From the human T2T-CHM13v2.0 reference genome, Homo sapiens, in NCBI RefSeq assembly GCF_009914755.1, contig NC_060926.1: DNA of 64,000 nucleotides, one strand, 5' to 3'. Positions 1 through 14,480 of this stretch are shown here, piece after piece. The position numbers and the translations under genes are program-made. Within the stretch, counting starts at the first letter, position 1, and every line of letters starts with the position of its first letter. The notes under the pieces are model-generated. The model was given only the letters and a program-made list of their open reading frames with translations, searched no databases and was not told where the DNA came from.

Positions 1-24
1 TGAAGTGCTGGGATTGCCCGGCCA
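1..24 (-). mobile_element. 5' tip of an Alu cut by the window edge
   Basis: aagtgctgggatt followed by gcccggcc is the reverse complement of the Alu start, with a short internal deletion. Confidence 0.6.
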
Positions 25-2549
25 CCTTTGGTGTTTTAAGCAAACCATGCACTACTTGAATATTCATCAATGAGATGGTCTCTGTCCAAAATAAGCAAGT
101 AGGTACATCAAGAGGGAGTTTTAGACTTTCTGTTTTGGAACAGAAGACAATGAGTCAGTATTAACTGTTTCTCCTCCTTCTCTTTATACTTCCTCATCAT
201 TGTTGCCTCCTTGCCCCTGGGTACTCAACTTCCTACCTCACACTAGAGAGGAAAGAAGATTCTACTTATAAACCCCTCCTTCCTCTGTCAACTTTCTGCT
301 TCTGCGTCTATTTCTCTCTGTCCCCCCTCCACACTGATATACATACAAACTTCTACCAGTCACAGGCTATTGCTTTACCAAAAGTAGTTTAGCCACTTGA
401 AATGGTTGTTCTTAACAGCTCTTTTGAGGAATGAAGGAATTGCTGAAGTAAAGCAAATGTGTCAGGAGATCTCAATTCTAATTAACATTAACACTGGTTG
501 CTGGGGTACTTCGTTAAAGTCACTGTTGTTTAGTAAATCACAGATTCCCCACAGGGTGATTCTTGAAGGCAGTGGAGAACTGGGACCCAAATGCTCATGA
601 ACATAATAGGAAAGCGTGAGGAGATTATACAAGTAAATATGGTATTGACAAAAACTCAGATTTCAACCACTGAACCCATTAACAAATAGTTTCCACACAG
701 CTTGTATCCAACTCTGTTATGGTTTCTGGGGACACACACACCTACCCCCCACAGACTGTAAAATACAATCTGTGACCCTCAAAAATTTTACTATGTTTCT
801 TTATGACACAGAACTATTGAACACAAATTAATTAGGTTATAATTAAATGTATTATTTTCATTATTATCTACTGCTTACTATACGTTTAAAATCATTCAGA
901 GAACAATTAATTAGTGTAGGCTTGAAAAATGATGGAGAGATTAATGGAAGACATGGAGTCTCACATCAGGATTATTCTAGATCTTCTTAAAAATCATTAT
1001 GATTATCAATTGAGTGGAAAGAGAATATTCCACATGGGATGAAAAAGGTGAAGAGACACACCTGCCCTGGCTTGGCCCTGCTGGGCCACCCTGACAGAAG
1101 TGTTTTTGGAAGTAAACTCAGCCCTTGGCTTATGAACAAAGTGGTATCATACCCACACATGCACACAGACATATATAGGCAAACAGGGTTTATAGTGTAA
1201 CATTTAAATCTAAAAAGAATGAAAACACTATAAAGGGAAGGATCAGCTATATTATAAAACCCTTGGTTTCTGCGTGTTCAACTTTCTGTGCTTCTGCTGT
1301 TCTGAAAAGGTCTAAGATGAGATGCTAATTGAGATGCCTTCAGGACAGACAGGTATCATTAGCAAGTGAAGCAGGAAAGATGCCTTCCTTCATGTATTTT
1401 GCTTATACATGAAACACTTACAAATGTACTTTACTCCCACAAAGGAAAATGTTTTTCCCACTTTTCTTGAAACTTGAAGCCCTTTTGTTCTAAGTTCTAT
1501 ATTCCCACATTTGTTAGAAGCATTGCTAAGGAGAAATATTTCTCCATTACAAGGAAAATCTATTGCAAGCTGATGCACCTCAGGACTCAATGATGGAAAT
1601 GCAGGTGACCTGGAAAGCATAGGGGCACCCCAAGTGGACAAAAGCTACTCAGTGCCAGCTGATGCTGCCATGAGAAATGCTCACCCAGGGTTCCCAGATT
1701 TAACTGCTATTATGTGAAATCTCCCAACTTTTAAATGTAATTCAATTTTTAGAAAACAATTGAGTAGAATAATTCACTTCTTTTAGCTGGGTAAGACCCG
1801 AAGACCACACACTTGCATTTTCTGGTTTGTAAAATCAAGCGATGACCATTAGGTGGAAGCATGGATTTGACCCTGTGGCACAGAGAAGCTGCTTTCTACT
1901 GGAAGCAGTAGGTCCCAGTAGATACCTTGTCCTCCTGGCTTTTATTTTCCAGAAGCTGCTGTTCCTGGACAAGGAAATGCTAGCAATAGCAACACTGGTA
2001 AGAGAGAGACATGCAGCCTTTGATGGCCAGGGAAGGAAGGGGGAATTCCTTAGCACTAAAAGAGAAATAGAGGTTTAGAATTCCATGAATAGTGAGGGCC
2101 AGCAGCCTAATCCTTCATAGCACCCTTGCAAAATGGCACGACCTCTAACTGGCAGAGAAGTTGGGTGGGGTAGAGTTTGCATAGGCTGGGCTTTATGCGC
2201 CATATGGTTTTAACCTTCAAAATATGGAATTCTGTACTTCAAGGGGCTCTTTGTGCTCGAACAGTAGACCCCTCACGTGACAACCAGTATGAGCTAAAGA
2301 CTAGGAGGACCATATTATATATTCTGCTCTGCAGAACGGTTCTGGGACTTCATGACCCATTGTAGGGAAGCATTTTCCATCATCATTTATGATTCAGTCC
2401 TTCATATCCAAGAGGAGTCTTGTACACACAAGTTCAGAAAAGTGAAAAACAGATGTGGATTTAATTTCATTTAAAGAAAACAAAAAAAAAGCCATTTCTT
2501 ACACACTGTGCTTGTAAATTCTATACTAATTATAAATGCATGCATAAGG

Positions 2550-3420
2550 TATAATGCAGTGGTTGAGCACCAAATGGTCAGGCAACCTGCAAATCTGGAT
2601 TTAAATCCTCATTCTATTTTGTCAAAGACAGTGGGCACTCTGGCTCCAACATGACACTTTACACACCCAAACCATGGTTCATAAGACATTTGCAGCCATA
2701 ATTCATCTTCTGGTCACTACATTAAAGATTGAAGAGATCACAAAGACCTTGAGAGGTTATTCAAAGGCTCAAAAGTGGAGACCTGGGAAGATGTGGCAAA
2801 ATGGGGGCCATTTACAATAAGCAACAGAGCTGGGATTCAGGAATGGAACTGCAATTGAACTCAAAAGCACAGTCTTTGAGTACTGAATTTTTATCAGTTG
2901 ATTTATAAGAAAGATGATTTTCTCTTGAAACTTCTAAAACATATTTCCCGTACTTTACTTGATAACACTGAAATGACTGGCTAACTTTGCTGATAAACTT
3001 CCTGACAGCAATAACTCAAAGCCATTTATGCTTCAGCCTCCATATCCAAGAAGACTCCCATGCACACAAGTTTGGAGAGGTGACAAACAGGCAAACCATG
3101 CAGAATTGGGCAGCAGGACTGCGAGCTGCAGAACAGTACTCATGACGGTCCTTTTTGGAAGACCGTAATAAATCGACATAGTTTTCTTTTTTTAGTGTGT
3201 AAGTAAATCATGCTTGGCAACAATATTAATAAATTAATATTTTGGTGTCAATTGTTTGATGAAATAACAAAACACTGCTGTGACCCACTTTCTCTATCTT
3301 TACAGGAGAGATCAAATAAATCTCACTGTGTAGGTTATGATGAAGATTAAATTAAAAAATGCATGGAATGCTTGGTACAAAGCCGGTTTATAACAGCTAG
3401 TAGACAAACGTTTATTCCGT
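2550..3420 (+). mobile_element. MIR split by about 650 bp of possibly LTR-derived sequence
   Basis: MIR head (gcagtggttgagcac...ggatttaaatcct) at about 2550-2619. MIR core and tail (ctgtgacc...gaagattaaa...gcttggtaca) at about 3275-3420. The intervening block starts with TG (2620) and ends with CA (3274). Confidence 0.4.
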
Positions 3421-4334
3421 TCCCATTCAATTTTACTGGAAAAATACCTGTCTTTTTCTAGGACCAAGACTAGATGTTTTCTTTTGAAAGATCAGCACAT
3501 TGCAAATATGATAAGATATTTCTTTGGCAGAACATAATATAAGTGGTTATGAGACTACTATTAGTGCGACAATGTATGCTTCATTGACTTGTGCATTTTT
3601 CAACAAAGATTTGTGGCCAGCGTGATGACCCTTTTTGGGTTGCCTTGAGTCTGCATTTATAGATGGAATTTGGAGGAAGAATGAGGGGCAGGTCTTAAGA
3701 CTTGGTTGCTACATCGTACACAGTTATCAAATAAGTAATCCTAATCTCTCACAATGCTTCTGTTCTGCTTAGAAGCAATGAATAGGATTTAAAACCAGGT
3801 TGTCAAGGATGTGGGAATCACAAGAAAATATTGATGTCTGCAAATGTGTACATCTTCTCTAATAAATATCCAGCTTGAGATTCATTTATCTATTCCTTTA
3901 GTCATTTATTCCCTTTGTGTTTATTTTCTAACTAAAATTTCTTCAACGTATACTTTGTGTTGTGCAGAGGGTGGGGAGGACAGGAATATATATAATGTAC
4001 CCTAGACTCATATTCTAGCAGGTAAAGCAGAAAATAAAACAACCAATTATTCCAAAGAATGTTATAAGTAAGCCAAGCACAGCTGGCTAAAGGGAAGGCC
4101 ATTCAAACAAGCTTCCTGGAGAATGTGACACTAAATTTGGTACTAGCATGATGAGTAGGAGCCAGGCAAATAAGAGAGGATAGAGTGTTTCCTGCAGCTC
4201 ACTCAGGAGTGTGGATAAAAACTTTGCTTTTAGAACCTGGTTAATATTCAACTTTTTAATATATCTACATAATTTCTAAGCTGTGTCTTCTTTTCTTTCT
4301 TTCATTTCTTCATGTGGCCCATCTCCTTCAGGAT

Positions 4335-4940
4335 GCCAAGATTTCTCCTAATGGTCCTAATTATTCCCCTCTCCCTGTAATCATGCCCTTGGTAATGTGC
4401 TTTCTTTTTTTTTTTTAATTTCATTATTATTATACTTTAAGTTTTAGGGTACATTACTGGGTATATACCCAAAGGATTACAAATCATGCTGCTATAAAGA
4501 CACATGCACACGTATGGTAATGTGCTTTCATAGCTCTTTATCAAGAAGTAAAGTCAATTTCCCATCCCTTGAATCTGGACTACCCTTGAGTCTTGCATTG
4601 ACCAATAGAGTGAGATGGAAGTGACTGTATGTTAATTCTGATCCTTGGCCTCATGAGGTATGAATGCTTTCATGGCTCTTTTCCAACCCTGCCACCACCA
4701 TGTGAACATGCCTGGGCTAGCCTGTTGGATGATGAAGTACAATAGAGGAGAACCCCCCAAAATGTGAGAAAGCACAGCATGGAATAGCAGAACCATCTAC
4801 TTGACCCACATTTGACTAAAGATGCATGAGTGAGCCAGGCTGAGACCAGAAAAATCACCCAGAAGACCCATAGACTCATGAGCAAGACTAAATGAGTGTC
4901 ATTTTAAGACACTGAGTTTGGGTGTGGCGTGACACAGATA
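4335..4940 (+). mobile_element. MLT1-type MaLR LTR (interrupted by a mini-L1)
   Basis: cccttgaatctggact...ttgaccaatagagtg...gaagtgac, and terminal ttttaagacactgagtttgggtg; both are typical of MLT1 LTRs. Confidence 0.7.
4405..4514 (-). mobile_element. 110-bp young L1PA insertion with 5' inversion
   Basis: PolyT plus the reverse complement of the L1 3' end (4405-4454), then a sense-strand L1 segment (4452-4516). Flanked by a perfect TSD tggtaatgtgctttc at 4390-4404 and 4515-4529. Confidence 0.92.
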
Positions 4941-5978
4941 CCATGATCTGTTTGTGTTTTGCTATTTTTTTTCCAAGTGAAAATGCTTTATTGCTTTATT
5001 ATTAGGTAATAGTATAGTAGTATAATAACAGGTAAGTAGAGTATGCTCATTGACAAGAAGTTAAAGTAAAAAATGAAACTCTACTCGCCTGCCTTTTCCT
5101 TCATCATCTCACTTTAGGAAGTATTTGTGTTAAACCATCATGTTTTCATAGTTTAGGGACTGAGTATTGATAAGGAGTATGAGTTCTCCGTTATATTCAT
5201 TTTTGTTACGCAACAGGAACAGCAAACCAATCTGTTGGAGTTCGGGTGTTCATTGTAATTTAGACTTCACTGTAGGCTGTTCTCTAACTTCCTGCTTGGC
5301 TCCACTTCAGCACCGGGCAGCTGTGAACTTCCAGAGTTACAACCCTCAAGGCTGCCATTCTGTGCAGTCAGATCATGCATCAGAAGACAATTCTCCACAT
5401 CTGCTCTCCTTTCCAGTTCTAATTGGGTGCTTGGTGGCTTCCCCTGGGAACATTTGCCAGGTTCTGCTGCCTGGTTCTGTTCACCGTTTTCTCACTCTGC
5501 AGTTTAACTCTCCCTTTCTAAATTTGAGGAGCAAATGCATAACAGAATTCTCATTTGGAGGGGCCTTGGAGGGTACTGTAAGCTGTAGCCCCAAGACTCC
5601 CACTTTTATTTCTCTGTGGAAAACTGTGACTTCTGCTGGCTAGAATGCATGTTTATCAGAGAAAGTTTTATTTGGATTTCTCCCGATACTGGTAGTATGG
5701 CTTTGAGAAACAACCAGAAAAGGAGAACTGGGAGGGAGTTAACCATTTTAAATGGTCAAAGCATGTCTTTCTAGAGTTTGAATGTAAATAAACAGGGTAC
5801 AAAATGCAAAAGGCTAATTACAAAATAATAGAAGATAATGACTCTCACATTTCAAGGCGAAAAGCTTGACTGCAGAAGCAGAGCTTGCAAAGGAGTTGAT
5901 CGAAATGAATATTGTTGTCCTTAACTGAACTCTCATTTCTAGCCTAGGAAAGTGGTTAGAGGCTGAGAGAGACAGAGA

Positions 5979-6069
5979 CTAGATATTAGAGAGAATTTTA
6001 AATAGACTCTAGATATTAGAGAGAATTTTAAATAGACTCTAGATATTAGAGAGAATTTTAAACAGACTC
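5979..6069. repeat. 30-bp minisatellite, 3 copies
   Basis: ctagatattagagagaattttaaatagact x3, with a single mismatch at 6063. Confidence 0.95.
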
Positions 6070-6121
<52 letters not shown>

Positions 6122-6171
6122 TGTGGGAGGGGGGTGAGAGAGAGAGAGACAGAGAGAGAGAGACAGAGAGA
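6070..6171. repeat. Compound (TG)n / (GA)n microsatellite
   Basis: TG run at about 6070-6125 and GA run at about 6137-6171. Confidence 0.95.
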
Positions 6172-7309
6172 TGAGTGTCCATCCAATAGAAGAGGGGTGA
6201 GAAGTGTCTCCAGCAGTGGAAAGTCAAATGAGAGAGACTTTAATGGAACCATTCAGAAAAGTTGATATTATTTCTAACAGTTTGAGGGATAGAGTGGAAG
6301 GAAAAAGCACAAGAGACTGGGTGAATGGTCTGTGACCACAGAGAAAGTTGCTTAGCAAGTAACTGTTCGGCTGCTGATGGTGGGTTAAAGATGTGTATAA
6401 AGTGTGTTTTCTATGGACCAGATTTGGTCCTGGAGAGGAACTCTGGAGGTGGCCTAGACCATGAGAGTGCCTGGGGCAGCCAGGACTCTCAGGACGTGTT
6501 TCAAGGTGCCCTACAGGATACCCAGTTACCCACAAAAGACATAGAGCGAACAACCATGATGTCTCCAGGTGAGAGATGGCCAACCAATCAGAGGAGGCCT
6601 TCAGGGACACTGGAAAGCACCCCAAGAAGACAGAGCTTCAGTGTCAAACACCTTTCCCAGCCAGAGGGTGAGAGACACTAGCCCGTGCCAGGCCCTTGAA
6701 GAACCTTTCCTTTCCCCATCTCTCCTGCTCTCTCCTGTTTCTGCCCAGATGAGAGCAGGCATTGTGGGGACCAAGTTGGGAACAGAGGTGGAAGAACAGG
6801 GAGAGGAGGCCAAGACAGAGGCCATCTCTTCTGTTTGCCAGGAGCTGGCCCAAAGTGGGCCAAGGGAGAAGTGTTTCCTTGAGATAATATTCATAGTTTT
6901 GATTAATGTAAGTAACTGGGCACTTAAGTTATTACTTCAGTAAGACTTTTTGTAACTAAAAGAAACTGAAAGATTTTTAATCATCAAAGTGAAAAAAAAA
7001 AAGTCTTGGGACTCAGTAGAGAGTTTCTCTAAAGCACAAGAAAGACCTTTGCTCCCCCAGAACAGGTTGGTACAGCTCTGGCTTCTGGGGAGAAAAAAAT
7101 AATACAGTTTTCTGATGCATATAAGATCCTGTATGTTCAAACAAACAGTTAAATTGACAAGTTTAAAGAGAACAGACTCTGGTATAATTTTTAAAAATTG
7201 CTCTAAGGTTATTGCAGATTATATATAACCTGAGTTGTGGAATTTAAGTTTATTACCTTTGTGGGTTATCTGTGACCTGTTTAAAATAATGTCTTATTTT
7301 TATTATACC

Positions 7310-7530
7310 AGAGCTTTTAAAATGCCTTTATGTGTACTGTCTCATCTGTACTTCACAAAAACCTGTGCATCAGTGGGCTGGTATCATTATCTGACATTTT
7401 TTTCTTTTTTTTTGGTGATAAAACTGAGGCTCAAGAGAAATCAAGTCAATTGCCCAGATTCACTGATAAGTAGTAGATTCAAATAAAGAAATGAACTTTG
7501 GGTTTCTGACTCCTACTACAGCTCTCTTCC
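7310..7530 (-). mobile_element. MIR
   Basis: aaactgaggctcaagag...ttgcccagattcac...tctgactcc is the reverse MIR core. Confidence 0.7.
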
Positions 7531-7579
7531 CATGATTTAATTAGGCTGGGTTTCTCTATTTCCACCTCTGTGCTCCCAG

Positions 7580-8030
7580 GTTTATTCATTTATTCACATT
7601 CGCTTATTCTTTCATTTATTCATCTATTTTATTCAATATAAAATTACCAACCATTGAGTACATGCCAGTGAGGGAGAGAGCCATTACAGAAATGACAAAA
7701 TTTTAAAACTGTAATTACAATCGGTGATGAAAGGAGAGTGACAGGGCGCTTCCTTTAGAGTGTGTTTCAATGCATCCTAATAACCTGGGGACTGAGCTCT
7801 CAAGGTGAGTTAGGAGGAAGAGCAATCAAGGAAGAGGACGTAGTAGATGCCAGAACTCTGTGACGCCATGACCCACATAATTGAGGAGCTAAAAGGAGGG
7901 CAGAGAAGAAGCTAAGAACCTGACAAGGGTGAGGGTGAGCCAGCCACATCCATGACTCGGGTCTTACCTGAAAATGACAGGAAGCCATTTATGGATTTTT
8001 AACCCAGGGCTTATGTGATCACATATACAG
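7580..8030 (-). mobile_element. L2 3' fragment
   Basis: (ttca/ttat)n L2 tail in reverse, and a downstream ggaagccatttatggatttt motif. Confidence 0.5.
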
Positions 8031-9348
8031 AGTCAGCTAATTTATGATCACCCATCCTAAACCAAGAGAAACAGATTTATGGAGATCAACGTGAACAGGC
8101 TGCCCCAAATAACCTGCCTTATAAATCCGAAGGAGAACTGTTATCTTCGCTCTCTAACCCATGAGATTTCACCTTTCCTATACCTAATTGAGAGGTGTTT
8201 TTCACTGATTGTTGGTATCTATAAAAATTAATTATTGAGCACCTGAGCAGCCATGTTACACATGTGTTTTTGTTGTTTTTTTCAAAAATCAGCAACATTA
8301 TGTATGCTTGTCTTTCTTTGGTCCAGTCATTTACTCACTCAGTGAGAACACTATGAGGTGACAAAAGGATGACCCCTGCCTTCAAGGAGCTTATTTATAT
8401 CTGTGATCTCAGTTGGTTTTATACAGCAAGGGAGCCTTAGTGCCTCTGATTCAGTAAAACAGGGAACTAGTCCTAGTCTTTGCTGCTTTGTGAAATTTCG
8501 TCAAACCCTTTGTGTTCTTATTCCCATTTTTTTTTCTAGGAAGGTGGTTAGCTAAAGTTATGGGATCAGCCTAGAGTCAAGGAATTTGGTGATATTAACT
8601 GATGTGTGTGTACATATATAAAGCCATGAGGCTACTTACGGGTTTTAAACATAAGTTTCATATTGTTAGATCTGCAAAGTCAGCTAATTACCTGTTACCA
8701 TATTTTATATATGCATTATATTCATACACACACATATTTCCCCTTTAACTTGGTTTCTGCTAAACACATGCATACAGTATGATACCGTATACTATATAGA
8801 TACCCTGAACACTGCTAGAAAAAAATACAACTTGATAGTAATTTCATTCTCAGTAGAGAAATTCTGGATTCCAACTATTCTGATTCTATTGGGGAAAACA
8901 ATTAGGTAGAAACCATTGGGATGATGCAGAAAGTGCCTTTCCTTGCCTTGCCTCTCAATACAAGATTAATTCTGCTTGAGAACCACAATGACAGTGTGCC
9001 GACTCCAGTTTTGACTGTAGCATCAGTGACAGGTGTCTGTCACTGCAGGGCGGTGGTTCCACCCTGTGCCCTCTCCTAGAGGAGTCCACCCTGACATTGC
9101 TCCTAGACCACAGCTGTTAGATTCCTTTGGAAAGGCCCTGTGGAGATGCTGCACCAACAGTGTTCACGAAGAATGCCCTTTCTGTTTCTGCGAAAAGCCA
9201 CAAAAGACATTATAAAATAGAAGACTCTGTCTGAATTATGCTAGGCATTTACAAAGACTAGTTCTGGAAGTTTTGTAATCGGCCCAGAATACGTATCAAA
9301 TAATATGTTTATTGTCATCTACTGTCCAACACAGGAACTGCAATCCCT

Positions 9349-9350
<2 letters not shown>

Positions 9351-9402
<52 letters not shown>
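9351..9402. repeat. (CA)n microsatellite
   Basis: Directly visible CA run. Confidence 0.95.
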
Positions 9403-9453
9403 ATTTTTTTTTTTTAAGGTTATAAAGTACTTAGTTGAAAATTTGATAATGTA

Positions 9454-9758
9454 GGCCAGGTGCGGTGGCTCACGTCCGTTATCCCAGCACTTTGGGAGGC
9501 CGAGGTGGGTGGATCACGATGTCAGGAGTTCAAGACCAGCCTGGCCAACATGGTAAAACCCCATCTCTACTAAAAATACAAAAACTAGCTGGGCGTGGTG
9601 GCACGTGCCTGTAATCCCAGCTACTCAGGAGGCTGAGGCAGGAGAATTGCTTGAACCAGGACCCGGGAGGCAGAGGTTGCAGTGAGCCAATATTGTGCCA
9701 CTGGATTCTGGCCTGGGCTACAGAGTGAGACTCCATCTCAAAAAATAAAAAAAGAAAA
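9454..9758 (+). mobile_element. Alu (AluS, Sg-like)
   Basis: Full dimer from ggccaggtgcggtggctcac to the A-rich tail; ggatcacga..tcaggagttc is the diagnostic segment. Confidence 0.95.
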
Positions 9759-9889
9759 CTAGTCAATGTAATTTAGATTTTTTTTTTTTCTGGAAACATG
9801 GGGAAGGTGAACAGATGGAGAAACATGGCTTTTTATCCATGTGAAACATAAAAATCATCTTTTAGAGTGGGCTTATACTTTAAAATATT

Positions 9890-10760
9890 ATTTAGAATAA
9901 TTCAATCAATAAATGCTTAATGAGTCCTTATCAAGGATCAGTTATCATGTTACTCAGGGAACTATACTGAGAAAAGAGACAGACATGGTTCCTGCTTTCA
10001 AAGAGCATGGAGCTTAGTAGAGGAAGAAAGGGAAGGAAGGACCAAGTGTACCAGGCAGAGTGAAGTAGTGTGATTAAAATCCTACAGTAAAAGAAGGCAG
10101 GGAGCTTAGGATAAACCGGGGCAGTGTGCTGGGGGCAAGGCTACTGATGAAGCTGGTCGTATAAGCTGAGCTGTGTGTACCATTGTGTGGAAGTGGTATG
10201 TAATTTATTATAAGCAGGGAAGCTAAAAAAAATCAGATTGACCCCCAATAATAAAAACCACTAACATTTCTTGAGATTTTAGTACATGGTTTTTGCTATG
10301 GAAAAATCTTAACATGTATTATCTTATTTAATTCTTACAGAAATCCTGTGAACTAGGTACCATTATTTCTCCCATTTTATCTGTGAACAAACAAGTGTAG
10401 AGAGGTCAAGCAAATTTCTCCTGGTTGTTCAGCTAGGAAGTGATGGGAGTTTAGCAAACCTTGTGAAAAGGTATAGCTCTTTCCCAAAAGCTCCAGCAGA
10501 AGTATGAAAGCCACTCTCATTGACTGACTTTGGTCACATGTCCATCCCTGTACCAGTCAATGAGACCAAAGGGATAGAATAATCGATTGGACAGACTTGA
10601 TTCATGTGGCCACTTCTGGAGGTAGAGTTGAAGTCAGCTCTTACTACAGAACCATAAGAACTAAGATAACTGGTGATACTGTTCTCTGAAGAAAAATCAA
10701 ATTACTATTCCAGAAAAAGAGGAAATTGATTTTAGACAGAGAAAAATGACAGATGACCAT
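9890..10760 (-). mobile_element. Cluster of old repeats: L2 (about 9890-10100), MIR (about 10260-10445), MLT1-like (about 10480-10760)
   Basis: ttcaatcaataaatgcttaatgag (L2 end); cattatttctcccattttat...gaggtcaag (MIR); ggtcacatgtccatccctgtaccagtc...gattgg (MLT1). Confidence 0.55.
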
Positions 10761-11356
10761 TACCTCTCCTAAATGTTTATTTTTAAATAAATTTGTATGG
10801 GTGTATAAAAACTATTTACTACCAAAACTTTTATCAACAGTGTTAGAACATTTGAACAAATAGCAAACTTGAGTTATGCATAATTCTATCAACATTGTTA
10901 CTAAAAAACAAATACACAGACAAAAACAAAAATGCTGACCAGAAAACAGGAGTAAAATAAATGACCTTAATAAACTAGCTCATGATTAATCAAGAGTATC
11001 TTTGAGGTCATTCAATTATTTTAACAAATTTCATTTACTAGCGTCAAAGAATCAATGAGTAGAACCTTGGAATTTGCTTCTTGTTATAGATGATAAAAAA
11101 TCCCCCGAGAGTTTGTATAACTTCCCTCAGGTCTCATGGGCAGAAAACAGTGTTTCTTGGATTTTGCCATAGAGATTTTTCCAGGAAAGCATTTCCTAAC
11201 TGGTGGTTCCCAAATCCCTTGAAATTTTGAAAGGATTTCCCATGTTCCTTGTGCTTAAACATGGCATTTTCCTATGTTTTATTGTTTTAAAATACACAAC
11301 TGGCAAATTAATTGTATAAAAAGTTACCTTTTCTTTTTTTCGGCTCCCTTATAATC

Positions 11357-13189
<1,833 letters not shown>

Positions 13190-13317
13190 CTAACTAATAA
13201 ATTACATAGTCCTACTGGTACCTACTTAATAAAATTGATGATGGTGAGTTACAGACCTGGAAACATCTCATTGTATTGTCTTGATAATTGTTTACTCAAA
13301 GGAGTTAAAATGACTGT

Positions 13318-13460
13318 GTTCCTCCCTCCTTCTCTCCTTCATTCCCTCCTTTCCTTTCTTTTTTCTTCTTTCTTCCTTTTCCTTCCTCTCTGTTTCCCTC
13401 CTCCACTGCCTTTCTCTCTCTCTCTTTCTGAATCAACCTCTTTCTCATTTTTTTCTTATT
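13318..13460. repeat. CT-rich low-complexity tract
   Basis: Nearly pure polypyrimidine sequence. Confidence 0.85.
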
Positions 13461-13792
13461 CTCTTTACACTTGATCTTCACTAAATTGCACAAGTGAGTC
13501 AACTTTTACTTCTGGGATGATACTAGAAGAGTTTTCAAAGGAAGAAATATTTCCTTGGACTTAGGAAGAACAAGTGCCTTCTAGTTAATAATTAATCTCT
13601 CAATTAGGATTTCCTTGGGGTAGGAAAGCTCTGTCTTAGATCTCTTTCCAGGTATGTGCCCATTGTTGGTGGACCCCAAAATTCTTGGCAATTATTCTAT
13701 TAAAATTCAGGATCAAAACTTATTGTCCAGTGTCATGACTCCTCAGCCTCACCGTTCAAGTCTCAAAGAGCATTGCATTTCCAAAGGTAGGT

Positions 13793-14022
13793 GAGCCAAA
13801 CATTGCATTTAGATGTTACAGGCCTAAAGGATCTGTGAGAGGCTTGATTTGAATCTTTTCTAGAATTTTCAGGATTGCTTCAGATAATTCTTTTGGTCAA
13901 GTTAGTTGAGCTGAACAATTGCACTTTGATGTCACAGGCCTAAAGGATCTCTGAAAGGCATGGTTATAATTAGAATATTTTCTAGGATTTTCATGATTGC
14001 TTGAGATAATTCTTTTGGTCAA
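13793..14022. repeat. Diverged tandem duplication, unit about 115 bp, 2 copies
   Basis: Both units share attgca.tt.gatgt.acaggcctaaaggatct.tga.aggc ... gattgctt.agataattcttttggtcaa. Confidence 0.9.
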
Positions 14023-14190
14023 AGAAACCTTGGTGGATGCAACCTTGTAAGGATTTGTTTCATCAGCCTGGTCTCAGAAACACCATAGGAAATTCCAAAT
14101 GCATTTAGGTTAGGAATGATGTGAAACTGAAAGAAGAGCCAAAATAAATGGGATAAACAAAAATCTCACCATTTAAAAAATATTCCTGCT

Positions 14191-14480
<290 letters not shown>

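Noticed and set aside
5167-5643. 158-aa plus-strand ORF
   Set aside because: Non-ATG start, no domain similarity and no flanking splice pair; compatible with chance in intronic DNA.
5979-6069. 30-bp repeats as a CRISPR-like array
   Set aside because: Head-to-tail copies with no spacers, no cas genes, and a primate context.
6224-6943. Stack of overlapping 60-133 aa ORFs
   Set aside because: Locally higher GC, probably a decayed LTR-like sequence. No recognisable protein or exon structure, and I could not assign the family.
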